The notes beneath the pieces are model-generated. The model saw nothing but the letters and a program-made list of their open reading frames with translations, searched no databases and had not been told where the DNA came from. Positions 1 to 14,200 of a DNA stretch of 64,000 nucleotides are shown one piece after another. Numbering within the stretch: the first letter of the stretch is position 1; every line of letters starts with the position of its first letter. The position numbers and the translations under genes were made by a program. The stretch comes from Macrostomum lignano (Eukaryota): positions 186,001 to 250,000 of the forward strand of contig NIVC01000028.1 of the NCBI GenBank assembly GCA_002269645.1, written 5' to 3'.

Positions 1-649
1 GATGATTTTCTATCAATTTTTTATCTATATCTGAACGGAATTTCACTCATTCATTGATTAGACAAGCCGCTGATTAACGGTCTAGAAAAAAATCTGAGTT
101 CTTCACTACAGTTAAAATCGGTTATGCAGATAGTAAGGTTTTTCTGCCATGTGAAGATTTCCTTGCCCTGACCAAGTCACCAAGGACAAATATGCTGGCA
201 TGATAAAGACCGACAGTATAATAAGGTTTAGAAAAGGACAAAGATATCGTATGGGTTTCTGACAAAGAATACTTCAACAAGCTGTCAAGTGACCCAAGCA
301 ATGCATCAGTTATATTTTTCAAACTTTAACAAAAGTGTGTCTACTGAAGCACATCCTGCAGGTACATACGAATAAGAAACTCTGTATATAAACCTACCAT
401 ATATAGACTTAAATGCACCAGGGAGATGCTTCAATAGATTATAGATAAAGGCCCACATCCACTCTACTAAAATCCATTCTGTAAATGAAATACCCTCATT
501 ATACATCAATCAGTTCTACTTACTTTAACGGGACTAGATACAAAGCACAAAGATGTCTAGAAGTGGGGCTCCTTTCCAGCTTCCTTTTTTTATAATCCTA
601 ACAAAATTTGCCTGCCTTAAAGTCGCAATCAAATTTTACATAAAATTGA

Positions 650-1640
650 AATCCCAAAAAGACAAAAATCGCCCCTGAAGAATCGCCTCTCTCACTCACT
701 GAAATCCCAAGCTACAGAAAAAAATCGCCCCAGAAGAATCGCCCCTCACTCACTCACTGAAATCCCAAGCTACAGACAAAAATCGCCCCTGAAGAATCGC
801 CCCTCTCTCACTCACTGAAATCACAAAAAGACAAAAATCGCCCCTGAAGAATCGCCCCTCTCTCACTCACTGAAATCACAAGCTACAGACAAAAATCGCC
901 CCTGAAGAATCGCCCCTCTCTCACTCACTGAAATCACAAAAAGACAAAAATCGCCCCTGAAGAATCGCCCCTCTCTCACTCACTGAAATCACAAGCTACA
1001 GACAAAAATCGCCCCTGAAGAATCGCCCATCTCTCACTCACTGAAATCCCAAGCTAAAGACAAAAATCGCCCCTGAAGAATCGCCCCTCACTCACTCACT
1101 GAAATCCCAAGCTAAAGACAAAAATCGCCCCAGAAGAATCGCCTCTCACTCACTCACTGAAATCACAAGCTACAGACAAAAATCGCCCCTGAAGAATCGC
1201 CCCTCTCTCACTCACTGAAATCCCAAGCTACAGACAAAAATCGCCCCTGAAGAATCGCCCCTCACTCACTCACTGAAATCCCAAGCTAAAGACAAAAATC
1301 GCCCCAGAAGAATCGCCTCTCACTCACTCACTGAAATCCCAAGCTACAGACAAAAATCGCCCCTGAAGAATCGCCCCTCTCTCACTCACTGAAATCCCAA
1401 GCTACAGACAAAAATCGCCCCTGAAGAATCGCCCCTCACTCACTCACTGAAATCCCAAGCTAAAGACAAAAATCGCCCCAGAAGAATCGCCTCTCACTCA
1501 CTCACTGAAATCCCAAGCTACAGAAAAAAATCGCCCCTGAAGAATCGCCCCTCTCACTCACTGAAATCACAAGCTACAGACAAAAATCGCCCCTGAAGAA
1601 TCGCCCCTCACTCACTCACTGAAATGCCAAACTACAGACA
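650..1640. repeat. Minisatellite, ~54-58 bp unit (GACAAAAATCGCCCCTGAAGAATCGCCCCTCTCTCACTCACTGAAATCCCAAGCTACA), ~17 copies
   Basis: Unit read directly; internal AATCGCCC doublet; boundaries approximate. Confidence 0.95.
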
Positions 1641-2494
1641 AGAATCTCCCTCTGAACGAATCTTAGACACAAAAATGCAGTTAACACACAGAAAACTAAC
1701 AGTAGTGGTAGTGTCACATTACCTACCTTTAACCAATATGAAACAATTAACAAGATGAATCGAGCTACTGTTTTGGCCTTTCTTCTTAAACAAAAAGACA
1801 GTATTTTTGTTTTCGAATCTCTTCTAAAACTTAGCTGATTTTTTGAGAGAGAAAATATCGCAAACTATACTTGTCCCGCCGATTCTTATTATTGATTCGT
1901 TCTGGCGAGCTTTCGGGGTGGGGAGGCCGCCGCTCCGCTTTTTGAGATTGACAGGAGCAGAGAGAGGGGAGGGGGAGAGGAGGCGGCAGAGGAGGGACAG
2001 AGGGGCGGCCGCGCGCACACAGGACTGAGAGACACAATTCGGCGGCGGAGGCGGCGGCGGCACGGAGAGAGAAACCAGAACAACCAGATTGGTTGAAAGG
2101 CGGCCGGCCCGAGGCATGAGGAGGCGGCGGCGGCGACAGACAGGGGCCCGCGATGTGAGGAGGGGTTGGGGAGAGAGTTGAAGTCCTTGCTTGGGCAGGA
2201 AAGGGAGAAAGGGGAAGAGGGGAAGAGAGGCCGCTAGCAACCTCACCCTCTCTATTCGTGTGCTCCGCCCAACGCAATGCAAAGATAGGGTGAAGTAGTA
2301 TCAACCGCATTTGTTTCCCTATATTTGAGACAATCTGTGCCGGTTAAACACTGTATCAACTATTTTGTTTAGAAGTCGAAGTGGCTGTGGAGAAATTGAA
2401 AAAATGACATTCCTGATAAAAGACAGTGGAGAGGAGACTGGAGAGAAAAAATACTAGAGTAAGGGAGTAGTGGGAAAAGTGGAGAGCTGAAAGA

Positions 2495-2985
2495 GTAGAG
2501 GGAAGAGAGTAGAGTGAAAAGAGTTAAGTGGAGAGTAGAATGGAGAGAGTAGAGTGGAGAGAGTAGAGTGGAGAGTAGAGTGGAGAGAGTAGAGTGGAGA
2601 GTAGAGTGGAGAGAGTAGAGTGGAGAGTAGAGTGGAGAGAGTAGAGTGGAGAGTAGAGTGGAGAGAGTAGAGTGGAGAGAGTAGACTCGAGAGAGTAGAC
2701 TCGAGAGAGTAGACTCGAGAGAGTAGAGTGGAGAGAGTAGAGTGGAGAGTAGAGTGGAGAGAGTAGAGTGGAGAGAGTAGAGTGGAGAGTAGAGTGGAGA
2801 GAGTAGAGTGGAGAGAGTAGAGTGGAGAGAGTAGAGTCGAGAGAGTAGAGTGGAGAGAGTAGAGTGGAGAGAGTAGAGTGGAGAGAGTAGACTCGAGAGA
2901 GTAGAGTCGAGAGAGTAGACTCGAGAGAGTAGAGTCAAGAGGGTAGAGTGGAGAGAGCAGGGTAGAGAGAGTAGAGTGGAGGAGA
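2495..2985. repeat. Purine-rich 10/12-bp repeat (GAGAGTAGAGTG)n
   Basis: Directly visible; explains the LHSTLSTLLSPLYS minus-strand ORFs. Confidence 0.95.
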
Positions 2986-3867
2986 GGAGAGAGAATTAAA
3001 TAGATGGGAGGAGAGCGCAGGACAGACGACAAGAGACAGATGAAGCTTCGAGAGGCAGGGGAGAGCAGAAACGGGAGGATTGCGAATTCGGATGAGTGGA
3101 TGCAGACATCAATGAATAAAAAATCTGCAAAACACAGATAAAAGTTCAGAGGGTGTACAATCAAGAGCACTCAAAACAAACATATCGAAAAACCTACTCT
3201 CTACCTACCTACCTACCTACCTACCTGCCCTAGGAGAGTTCGCAACTTCCAATTTGACCTCATAAATCAGTTAGAGAGAGTTTGACAGCTGTGTTTAAAT
3301 AAAAGCTGATTAGCCTATAGCTAGTCCCAACACCACTCAGCAGTCCTACAATAGATAAAAAAGTCAAATAACAGAAATAAATAAAGTCAACAGAAAAACA
3401 GAGTGAGAAGTGGTTGCAAAAGCAACGCTCACTGATTGATTTATTAAACCCGCATAGGTCCAACAGAATCGCTTTGAAGCTTGAAAACCAAATTTCTTGG
3501 TTTTCTCCGAAAAGAACTAAAAACTCACTAAATCAATCACAGCATACTACTTAGTCACTAGTATAAGTAGAAATGCAAGGAAGTGTTGCTTTTATTTTTT
3601 CAGTAAATGCAGAAAGACAACAATAAGTGGAGGCTTTTGAAAAACTGTAAAATTAATGACGAAGATGCACAAAAATACCTTGAAAATTAGCGACCTCCAA
3701 GGCTGCAGAATTACCGTGTTGACGTTGGTCTCAAGGCAGATTGGGTCAGGATCTGGGCAAAGGTTTGATGCGTTTTAAAGGGTATTAAGTTTAAAAAAAT
3801 TAGCAAACTTTATATACTTATGCATTAACAAGAAATCATAAGGGTTTAGTGGATTATGTGTTAGTAG

Positions 3868-5270
3868 AGACTGGAGGGTGTCAGTTGAGACTGGAGGGTG
3901 TCACTTGAGACTAGATGGTGTCACTTGAGACTAGAGGGTGTCAGTTGAGACCAGAGGGTGTCAGTTAAGACTGGAGGGTGTCAGTTGAGACTAGAGGGTG
4001 TCAGTTGAGACTGGAGGGTGTCAGTTGAGACTAGAGGGTGTCAGTTGAGACTGGAGGGTGTCAGTTGAGACTAGAGGGTGTCACTTGAGACTAGAGGGTG
4101 TCAGTTGAGACTAGAGGGTGTCAGTTAAGACTGGAGGGTGTCACTTGAGACTAGAGGGTTTCAGTTAAGACTGGAGGGTGTCACTTGAGACTGGAGGGTG
4201 TCAGTTGAGACTGGAAGGTGTCAGTTGAGACTGGAGGGTGTCACTTGAGACTAGAGGGTGTCACTTGAGACTGGAGGGTGTCAGTTGAGACTGGAGGGTG
4301 TCAGTTGAGACTGGAAGGTGTCAGTTGAGACTGGAAGGTGTCAGTTGAGACTAGAGGGTGTCAGTTAAGACTGGAGGGTGTCAGTTGAGACTAGAGGGTG
4401 TCAGTTGAGACTGGAGGGTGTCAGTTGAGACTAGAGGGTGTCAGTTGAGACTGGAAGGTGTCAGTTGAGACTGGAGGGTGTCACTTGAGACTGGAGGGTT
4501 TCAGTTAAGACTGGAGGGTGTCACTTGAGACTAGAGGGTGTCACTTGAGACTAGAGGGTGTCACTTGAGACTAGAGGGTGTCAGTTGAGACTAGAGGGTG
4601 TCACTTGAGACTAGAGGGTGTCAGTTGAGACTAGAGGGTGTCACTTGAGACTAGAGGGTGTCACTTGAGACTAGAAGGTGTCAGTTGAGACTAGAGGGCG
4701 TCAGTTGAGACTAGAGGGTGTCACTTGAGACTAGAGGGTGTCACTTGAGACTAGAGGGTGTCACTTGAGACTAGAGGGTTTCAGTTAAGACTGGAGGGTG
4801 TCAGTTGAGACTAGAGGGTGTCAGTTGAGACTGGAAGGTGTCAGTAGAGACTGGAGGGTGTCAGTTGAGACTAGAGGGTTTCAGTTAAGACTGGAGGGTG
4901 TCAGTTGAGACTAGAGGGTGTCAGTTGAGACTGGGAGGTGTCAGTTGAGACTGGAAGGTGTCAGTTGAGACTGGAGGGTGTCAGTTGAGACTGGAGGGTG
5001 TCAGTAGAGACTGGAAGATGTCAGTTGAGACTGGAGGGTGTCACTTGAGACTAGAGGGTTTCAGTTAAGACTGGAGGGTGTCAGTTGAGACTAGAGGGTG
5101 TCAGTTGAGACTGGAAGGTGTCAGTAGAGACTGGAAGGTGTCAGTTGAGACTGGAGGGTGTCAGTTGAGACTGGAGGGTGTCAGTAGAGACTGGAAGATG
5201 TCAGTTGAGACTGGAGGGTGTCACTTGAGACTGGAGGGTGTCAGCTGAGATTGGAAAGTGTCAGTTGTCA
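3868..5270. repeat. 20-bp minisatellite (GAGACTRGAGGGTGTCASTT)n, ~70 copies
   Basis: Exact 20-bp period (3 units per 60-nt line). Confidence 0.97.
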
Positions 5271-6224
5271 GCGAGAACAAGTCAAAATGAATGTCAGTTT
5301 GTATCCAAATGGTGCAATTTGTAAAATATTTTATTCCAAAGCCAATAAAAATAGCTTGAATGCTATACGTTAGCGCAGTTTCAGTAACACTGCCTGGTCC
5401 AGTTGGCATGATCTAAGTACTATGTACGTTACCTACTGGTAATTTTTTTGACGGGAAGCGCTTACAAGTGTCCAGATATGAAGATAAGTCAAGAGCCACT
5501 GTCCCTCCATCCAGCCCAGCCAGACAGGCGGGTAGGCAGGCAGAGAAAAAAGTCACAAAATGTCAAAAAAAGCAGTGCAGCAGACAATTCCAGAACGAAC
5601 TAGGGAAGGGGGGAGCTACTACAAATAAGAGCGACGGATTAAAATATTTGCGACTGCACTCGTGACAGATTAGTAGCATTGGCCTACCGGATGGAGTCAC
5701 TCTTCTTTAGAATGCATCATATAAGCCTCTCAAACTGTTGTGTTTACGCCGGGCGTCACTTTCTCTAGGGGATAAAAATCTCCATCTTGACTGTACACCA
5801 TGCACAGAGCGGGCTTGGGGAGAGATCAAGGAAGCAACGAACGTAAGAAAGAAAGAAAGAATCAACATCGTACTATAAATACCTCTTGCCTCTATAGCGT
5901 ATATGTAATACATAATATCTGACACCTGGGACTGCTTGGCAGGGGTTTCAATGCCTATTAGTTATAGTTATAGGTTGCACTGTATAGCACTGGCTGACTG
6001 ACTGACTGACAGACTGACGATAGAGGGGGGGGGGAGCGGTCCGCTGTAAGTAAAGTGAATGACGCTGCACTGTGCCGCATCAGCCAGTGGCTTATTGAAT
6101 GGGTCCGAAATACGTACAAAGCAAGTCTGAATACGATGAGTCACTACGGATACACTAGCACCAAGAAGGGAAAGAGTTGCAATCAGTTGGAAATCAATTG
6201 TTACTGGGGGGGGGGAGGAAGAAT

Positions 6225-6665
6225 AGCACAAGGAGAGAGGAGAAGAGAGGGAATAGAGGGGGGAGATAGGGAAAAGACGGGGAGAAGAGATGAAGAAGAG
6301 AGGAAGAAGTGTTAGAGAAGAGAGGAAGAAGTGTTGGAGAAGAGAGGAAGAAGAGATAAAGAGATGAAAAAGAGAGAGGGAGAACAGATAGAGATTAAGA
6401 AGAGAGGAAGAAAAGATTAAGATATGAAGAAAAGAGGGAGAAGAGATGAAGAGATGAAGAAGAGAGGGAGAAGAGATGAAGAAGAGAGGGAGAAGAGATG
6501 AAGAGATGAAGAAGAGAGGGAGAAGAGATGAAGAAGAGAGGGAGAAGAGATGAAGAGATGAAGAAGAGAGGGAGAAGAGATGAATAGATGAAGAAGAGAG
6601 GGAGAAGAGATGAAGAAGAGAGGGAGAAGAGATGAAGAGCAAGAAGAGAGGAGTAGAGAGGGAAA
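6225..6665. repeat. GA-rich low-complexity repeat (GAAGAGAGGGAGAAGAGAT-like)
   Basis: Directly visible. Confidence 0.9.
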
Positions 6666-7329
6666 AGCCGAGGACATAAGGAAATCAGTTGAACCATGAG
6701 TGGCGCACTGATCCAAGTCATTATCCATAAGCATCAATCTAAGTAACAAAGCGTTCCCAACCCCCCCCCCCCACCCCAGTTGGCAAAACTCGCAACATTA
6801 AATGGCACACATGCACGAGAAGTTCTCAGTTGCAAGAAATTCTACCAAATTCTAAGCAAATATACAAGACTTTGCAGATGCCTGTGCCAGTTTCTGGTCA
6901 ACCTCGAGCTTGAAGCACAAGGCATGACGAAGCAAGCTTAAAAAAACTGCAGCAGAAGCATTCAAGGATTGGCTCCCCCCTCCAGACCAGCTTGAGAATT
7001 GGCTGACGACTTTGCTATTTTTATATTTCTCTCACCAGTCTCTGGTATCGCCTTGCACAGAGAAGAAAGCCCGAGAGAGCCATTCAGAATGTATATATCA
7101 ACAATATACATAATCATAATTAATAATTTACACAGTATTATTTAATGGCTGCCAAACAGCAAGCGGTGGCAGCAGGAAATTCATACATAATTTCCACTAA
7201 GATCGCGTTACAAACACACAAAACAAATCAGGCAGTGCAGAAACTTCGGCTGCGTAAAAAGAGTTCTGGACTGAATTCAGCCAACAAGGAATTCCTATCG
7301 AAATTCACACAAACTGGTCACACAAGTTA

Positions 7330-7640
7330 GACACTTCACGCAAATAAGCCGCTTCACGTAAATAAGCCGCTTCACGCAAATAAGCCGCTTCACGCAAATA
7401 AGCCGCTCCACACAAATACGAGTAAGCCACTTCACAAAAATTAGCCGCTTCACACAAATCACAAACATCACGCAAACCACAAACATCACACAAATCACAA
7501 ACATCACACAAATCACAAACATCACACAAATCACAAACATCACACAAATCACAAACATCACACAAATCACAACCATCACACAAATCACAACCATCACACA
7601 AATCACAAACATCACTCAAACCACAAACTTCACGTAAGCT
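7330..7640. repeat. Two adjacent 18-bp minisatellites (GCTTCACGCAAATAAGCC; ACACAAATCACAAACATC)
   Basis: Directly visible; 6-aa periodicity in the ORF track. Confidence 0.9.
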
Positions 7641-8122
7641 TCGCATTCTTCAATAATTCACCATTAATTTTCGAAGCCAAATAGCACGATTAGGTCTACG
7701 GATTAAAAAAATATTGTCGCAAAAACTGATTAACCTGTATACAGCAGGAGAGGCCCGACAAGGCTAAACCAAACCCCAGAAGCAGCTTAGATAAGAGAAA
7801 TGCCAAGCCTTCATTCCCCGCTCCCGACTGCATCAATTCGCAGACTTCTATCCAACACACACAGCACAGATTTCGATAATGCCATCAGCATGCATGAAAA
7901 ATAATAAAAAATTGTGTTTTTTAAATGCCTTGATACATTGATACCGCTAGGCCAAGCCATTAATATTGACAGGTTTATTAGCGCCGGTTTGGAAGTTTCA
8001 GATAGCGACTAGCCCTAAACAGTTTTGGAAACTCTGCATCGCAATTTTTAAGCACCTGTTGATTACATGCAGATGCTACACAATCTGCCTGACCGTTCAA
8101 GCATATATGCTTGGTTTTATAG

Positions 8123-8384
8123 CTTCAGATATAGGCCAGCGCTGTGCAGTCTGGAGGAAATCATGGCAGCTCGGCTGAAGTGGCGCGCTCTGACTGTTGC
8201 TGACCAATACTATGCGTTAGGCCACGATAACCCGGCCCTACCCCACAACCCAGCCAGACCCTCAACTGCAGAGATAAGACGTTTAGGGTTGTTGCATTTT
8301 TTTCCAAACTTGCTTCTGCTTTTGGCCATGTTGCTTTTGCTGCTGTTGCTACAGAGAGAAAGAACCGCTAGTAAAGTAGAATAG
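8123..8384 (+). CDS. Possible terminal exon of an unidentified gene with a hydrophobic C-terminal segment
   Basis: Acceptor TTGGTTTTATAG at 8122; frame FRYRPALCSLEEIMAARLKW...LLHFFPNLLLLLAMLLLLLLLQRERTASKVE*; AATAAA at 8538. No recognisable family and no upstream exons linked. Confidence 0.2.
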
Positions 8385-8667
8385 GTAGATTCCTATACTT
8401 CTCTATCCCTTCCTAATTATTATTATTATTATTCTTAGTTAGTACAACGCAATCAATCATTCATGCGTTGCAGACATACGGCATGGCCCGTATAGCGTAT
8501 AGTAGATGTGTATAGCAGCTACTTCTACTGCTGGCCTAATAAAATATATAAGGGCATTGTAGCTTACTTGCCAGCGCGTATGAAATGCTAGGATTTATTG
8601 AATTTATGAGCTTTTAGTTTAATTTTAGGAAAAAATACTTCAGTACTACTCAGCTGTGTATTTAACT

Positions 8668-9050
8668 CCTACCCTCTCCCCCCTCTATCTTACCCTCTTG
8701 ACCTCTCTCTTACCCTCCCCTCTCTCTTACCCTCCCCCTCTCTCTTACCCGCCTTCCCTCCCGCTTACCCTCTTTCCCTCTTGCTTACCCTCTTCCCCTC
8801 TCGCTTACCCTCTTCTCCTCTCGTTTATCTTCTTCCCCTCTCGCTGACCATCTTCCCACTCTCTCTCTTCTCATCTCTCTTCCCCTCTTCCCCTCTCTCT
8901 CTTCCCCTCTTCCCTCTCTCTCTTCCCCTCTTCTCCACTCTCTATTCCCCTCTTCCCTCTCTCTCTTCCCCTCTTCTCTCTTTCCCTCTTCCCCACTCTC
9001 TCTTACCCTCTTCCCCTCTCTCCTACCTCTTTTTATCTCTCCCTCTCCTT
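8668..9050. repeat. CT-rich low-complexity repeat (CTTACCCTCTTCCCCTCT-like)
   Basis: Directly visible. Confidence 0.9.
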
Positions 9051-9704
9051 TAGGGGAGCATCAACTCCCAAAATCCCTTAAACCCTGTCTATAAAGCTCG
9101 AACTAACCGATTACAGGCAAAGCACATGTAGAAAAATAATGAACCCCGATGGGTAGTCAATTAAGCCATAAAATATCGTCAAGTCCACTATCTACTATAT
9201 TAGCCATTAGCTTATCGGTTCGCTAAGACAGAGACAGCGGCTGAGATCGTTTGCTCAACTCTCTTATCGACAAACTATTGAAATTGACGCAACAATGGCG
9301 GATTCTTGCTTTACTACTACTGCCAATTATCTTTCACCAAAAAATTCATTAGTCCTTTGTTGAAGATCTGCATACCTAACTGACTCTCAATTACCTGAGC
9401 ACAATCGCTAGCTTGAATCACAATAACTCCTGCAATTAAAGGATTTGCCGTCGTCTGCAAATCGCTGAAGAGAAACAAAAATTTCTGCATCACTGACCGC
9501 CAGAGGCTGAGCTGAGCAGGACCTTGTGTTTCGCATTTTTTAGTCGGCTTTATTTGCTCTTCTAAAAGACACCGAAAAAAATGGTATCGGTGCCCAGAGA
9601 GGGAGGGGAATCGGCCCTATTATAGCTGAGACTAAAGTAATAAAATTCACTTCAATTCAACCGATGCAATCAGGCTTGCAAGCCTTCGTACCGTCTTTTC
9701 TTTT

Positions 9705-10590
9705 CCCTCTCTGTCTCCTTTATCTCCCTCTCTGTCTCCTGTATCTCCCTCTCTGTCTCCTGTATCTCCCTCTCTGTCTCCTGTATCTCCCTCTCTGTCT
9801 CCTGTATCTCCCTCTCTGTCTCCTGTATCTCCCTCTCTGTCTCCTGTATCTCCCTCTCTGTCTCCTGTATCTCCCTCTCTGTCTCCTGTATCTCCCTCTC
9901 TCTATCTCCCGTATCTCCCTCTCTGTCTCCTGTATCTCCCTCTCTGTCTCCTGTATCTCCCTCTCTGTCTCCTGTATCTCCCTCTCTCTATCTCCCGTAT
10001 CTCCCTCTCTGTGTCCTGTATCTCCCTCTCTGCCTCCTGTATCTCCCTCTCTATCTCCTGTATCTCCCTCTCTGTCTCCTGTATCTCCCCCCTGTCTCCT
10101 GTATCTCCCTCTCTGTCTCCTGTATCTCCCTCTCTATCTCCTGTATCTCCCTCTCTGCCTCCTGTATCTCTCTCTGTCTCCTGTATCTCCCTCTCTGTCT
10201 CCTGTATCTCCCTCTCTCTATCTCCCGTATCTCCCTCTCTGTCTCCTGTATCTCCCTCTCTCTATCTCCCGTATCTCCCTCTCTGTCTCCTGTATCTCCC
10301 TCTCTGTCTCCTGTATCTCCCTCTCTGTCTCCTGTACATGTATCTCCCTCTCTGTCTCCTGTATCTCCCTCTCTATATCCTTTATCTCCCTCTCTGTCTC
10401 CTGTATCTCCCTCTCTATCTCCTTTATCTCCCTCTCTGTCTCCTGTATCTCCCTCTCTGTCTCCTGTATCTCCCTCTCTGTCTCCTGTATCTCCCCCCTG
10501 TGTCCTGTATCTCCCTCTCTGTCTTCTGTATCTCCCTCTCTATCTCCTTTATCTCCTTCGCTCTATTTCCTTTATCTCTCTTTCTATCTC
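9705..10590. repeat. 21-bp minisatellite (TATCTCCCTCTCTGTCTCCTG)n
   Basis: Directly visible; LYLPLCL 7-aa period. Confidence 0.95.
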
Positions 10591-11262
10591 TTTTTTCTCT
10601 CTTCAGTCGCTTCCCACATCTCCCCCACTAGCTTTAAAATAGTCTCGCACACTTGAAGACTTTCAAATCGTCTCTGACAAAATCAAGACATCAAGACAAT
10701 TAATACAACATCATCACACTCAGTAACCAGGTGTCTCGCATCCGCATATAGTCTAGACTTAAAAAGCAAAGAAACACACAAGCAAGAGAAACAATAACAC
10801 AGATCTGTGTCGGTACTAGCACATTGCCTAATGCGCCGCATACGGGGGGTTTAGCTGGTGCAAACTCCAGGAATCAAGCAACCGGGAGTCTCCTTGTCCT
10901 CTCTTCTAGAAGAAAATTCAGAAAGCGGTGAGGTGGGTGGGGCAATATTTATTTAGCAGGCGCCACTAAGACGATCGCTTTCGAATGCAGCGAGTCTGCC
11001 TGCTATGTTTAGTTTGTTATTTTTGAAAGACTTCAATTATCGAATTAATTCACCAAGTCAGTCAGTCAGTCAGTCCCCACTGATGCTATACTGCGTCACA
11101 CTAGTCAAGAAGATATGCTGGTTGGTTGAACAACAAGCCACTGCATCCTGTAAAGCGCCTAGCAACTGTAATGGTTGTGTTGAATTTTTTTGCGGATCTA
11201 TACACACGCGGGTTAATGGATCATTGTATGAACTAAAACTTGCTAGTTGATAAGTTGATGAT

Positions 11263-11650
11263 TTGAGCAGTTAAAGCGCTACGATACATGTAAGCCTAAT
11301 ATGAGCAGTTTAAGCGCTACGATAAGCCTTAATATGAGCTGTTTAAGCGCTACGATAAGCCTCAATATTAAGCAGGTTAAGCGCTACGATAAGCCTCAAT
11401 ATGAGCAGTTTAAGCGCTACGATAAGCCTCAATATGAGCAGTTTAAGCGCTACGATAAGCCTCAATATGAGCAGTTTAAGCGCTACGATAAGCCTCAATA
11501 TGAGCAGTTTAAGCGCTACGATAAGCCTCAATATGAGCAGTTTAAGCGCTATGATAAGCCCGAATTTGAGCAGTTTAAGCGCTAAAATAAGCCTCAATAT
11601 GAGCAGTTTAAGCGCTACGATAAGCCCGAATTTAAGCAGTTTAAGCGCCA
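11263..11650. repeat. 33-bp minisatellite (GAGCAGTTTAAGCGCTACGATAAGCCTCAATAT)n, ~11 copies
   Basis: Directly visible; 11-aa period. Confidence 0.95.
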
Positions 11651-12465
11651 AAATAAGTACACCTACAGCCGCTTGGTTACGCACTCATTCTGTGACTCAT
11701 TTCGGTTCAAAGTCCAACAAAAATGTGCTCAAAACGAGGCTACAACTGTGCATGGAACTACAATGACTCAGCCGCATCCTGAGTTACCTCAGCCAGTTGC
11801 AATAGGCTTCAGGACCACTTCTTTGCAAACACTTTCACACTAAAAGTTGCACACTCACCCTGCAACACACGACATGCATAGAAATAGGAACTGCGGTAGA
11901 AAACTGAAGAACTCACAGGTGCGAAAATCCCAGCCCAATACTTGCTTTGTTCTTAGCGGACTTGAGGCGCAAGCAAGAAAAGAGAAGTAGCAACAGAAAG
12001 AAGTGAAACTTTCACAACTAAGGCCGCTAAGAGGAAGCAGGGGAGGAAAAATGAGAATATGTGAGCACACTTCCTGGGATTCGTTTTTTTGTTTTAAAAA
12101 ACAAGAGGTGAGAAATAAAAATGGATGCAAAGAATATTTACACAATCGTGAGCCAGGATTAAATGTTACAGAGCAGTTAATGGACCCAGCCATTAGGCAG
12201 TGGAAACTACAGAGAAACCCACTTTTTATGACAAGCATGGCATCTTGTCATCTCGCTACATTTTGAACGCGAGTAGAAAAACAAAAAGGCATTAAAAGCA
12301 TTCTAAAACTTTCTTGAGAGAGAAAAAACAACAGTTCAAGACAGATTTTTAAGTTGGCGGTAAAAAGACTACATTGATGAAGTTGCGATGGAGAATGCAT
12401 CAGCAAAAGCACTCGTCATTTCTGTAACAACTGTCACTTAACCTAAGCACTCATTTCTGCTTCCA

Positions 12466-12720
12466 GTGTCACTCCAGCTAGCACTCGATCTTGATATTCT
12501 TGTCACTCCAGCTAGCACTCGATCTTGATATTCTTGTCACTCCAGCTAGCACTCTATCCTCATTTTCTCGTCACTCCAGCTGGCACTCTATCTTGATATT
12601 ATTGTCACTCCAGCTGACACTCTATCTTGATATTCTTGTCACTCCAGCAAACACTCTATCTTGATTTTCTTGTCACTCCAGCTGGCACTCTAATTCAGAC
12701 TTTCTTGTCACTCCAGCTGG
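12466..12720. repeat. 34-bp minisatellite (GTCACTCCAGCTAGCACTCGATCTTGATATTCTT)n, ~7-8 copies
   Basis: Directly visible. Confidence 0.9.
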
Positions 12721-13364
12721 ATTAAAGCATGCCTAATAACTACCCAATCTCCATCACAAAAGCCCATCGAACACCCGCCAAACTTTCTCGCTAAAAGTTG
12801 GCAAAAATTGAAGCTGCTAGTCTAAAGCACTGTGTGACCCCAATTCAAGCCATGCAGAGAAAAAGTGTATTAGTATGCTGGCGAGCTAACTAACCCGGGG
12901 CCTGCAGGTGTGAGTCACAATCGGTTACTCACTTGCTAAATATAATTGCAGTTTATAGTGCTGCGGAAGAGCCGGCCGCAAGCCAGTTCCTTAAACTGCA
13001 GAGCAATCCAGCAGACTATAATCTATCATTGCCTGGCACTTACATTTTTTTATATTCTTTCCGCTCCTTTTTTCATTTCCTACTAAACTACGCAAAAAGT
13101 AGTTTAAAATCCGCCAAGGGGGCAAGGCAGAGAAAATTTTTTGTTACAACAAACTGAATAGAAAAGTTTAAAGACTGAAGATTTTCCTCACCTTAAGATG
13201 CGAAGCGCCCCAAGCTCCCTTCCACTTGTTGGTGCCTAGGAATTTTCATGCTACGCTGGCCTTGGTGTCGGCCCCAATTCTCCAATATATTTTTTATATC
13301 TCAGCACACTTAGCATTTCAATCTGATGCTTGATCGAATCTGGTAGATCTGAATTCATAACGTC

Positions 13365-14200
13365 TCAATCAAATCCGCCCCTCTAAAAATCAAATCCGCC
13401 CCTTTAAAAACCAAATACATCCCTCTAGAACAATTTCGCCCCTCTAGGAATCAAATCCGCCCCTCTCGGAATCCAATCCGCGCTCTAGGAATCAAATCCG
13501 CCCCGCTCAAAATAAAACCCGCCCTTCTCGGAATCAAACCCACCCCTCTAGGAATCAAATCCGCCCTTCTCGGAATCAAATCCGCCCTCTAGGAATCAAA
13601 TCCGCCCCGCTCAAAATAAAACCCGCCCTTCTCGGAATCAAACCCACCCCTCTAGGAATCAAATCCGCCCTTCTCGGAATCAAATCCGCCCTCTAGGAAT
13701 CAAATCCGCCCCTCTAGGAATCAAATCCGCCCCTCTAGGAATCAAATCCGCCCCTCTAGGAATCAAATCCGCCCCTCTAGGAATCAAATCCGCCCCTCTA
13801 GGAATCAAATCCGCCCCTCTAGGAATCAAATCCGCCCCTCTAGGAATCAAATCCGCCCCTCTAGGAATCAAATCCGCCCCTCTAGGAATCAAATCCGCCC
13901 CTCTAGGAATCAAATCCGCCCCTCTAGGAATCAAATCCGCTCCTCTAGGAATCAAATCCGCCCCTCTAGGAATCAAATCCGTCCCTCTAGGAATCAAATC
14001 CGCCTCTCTAGGAATCAAATCCGCCCCTCTAGGAATCAAATCCGCCTCTCTAGGAATCAAATCCGCCCTTCTAGGAATCAAATCCGCTCCTCTAGGAATC
14101 AAATCCGCCCTTCTAGGAATCAAATCCGCCCCTCTAGGAATCAAATCCGCCCTTCTAGGAATAAATCCGCCCCTCTCGGAATCAAATCCGCCCCTTTTTG
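13365..14200. repeat. 21-bp minisatellite (GGAATCAAATCCGCCCCTCTA)n
   Basis: Directly visible; degenerate edges, homogeneous centre. Confidence 0.95.

Noticed and set aside
1938-1958. ~20-bp match to 20178-20199 (CTTTTT[C]GAGATTGACAGGA)
   Set aside because: Too short, and the flanks do not align.
1824-2310. GC-rich overlapping 150-aa ORFs
   Set aside because: Low-complexity Pro/Ala/Arg translations in several frames with no recognisable domain.
5707-5925. Short ORF with a signal-peptide-like stretch (possible neuropeptide precursor)
   Set aside because: No repeated cleavage/amidation motifs; the hydrophobic run derives from a TTTC repeat.
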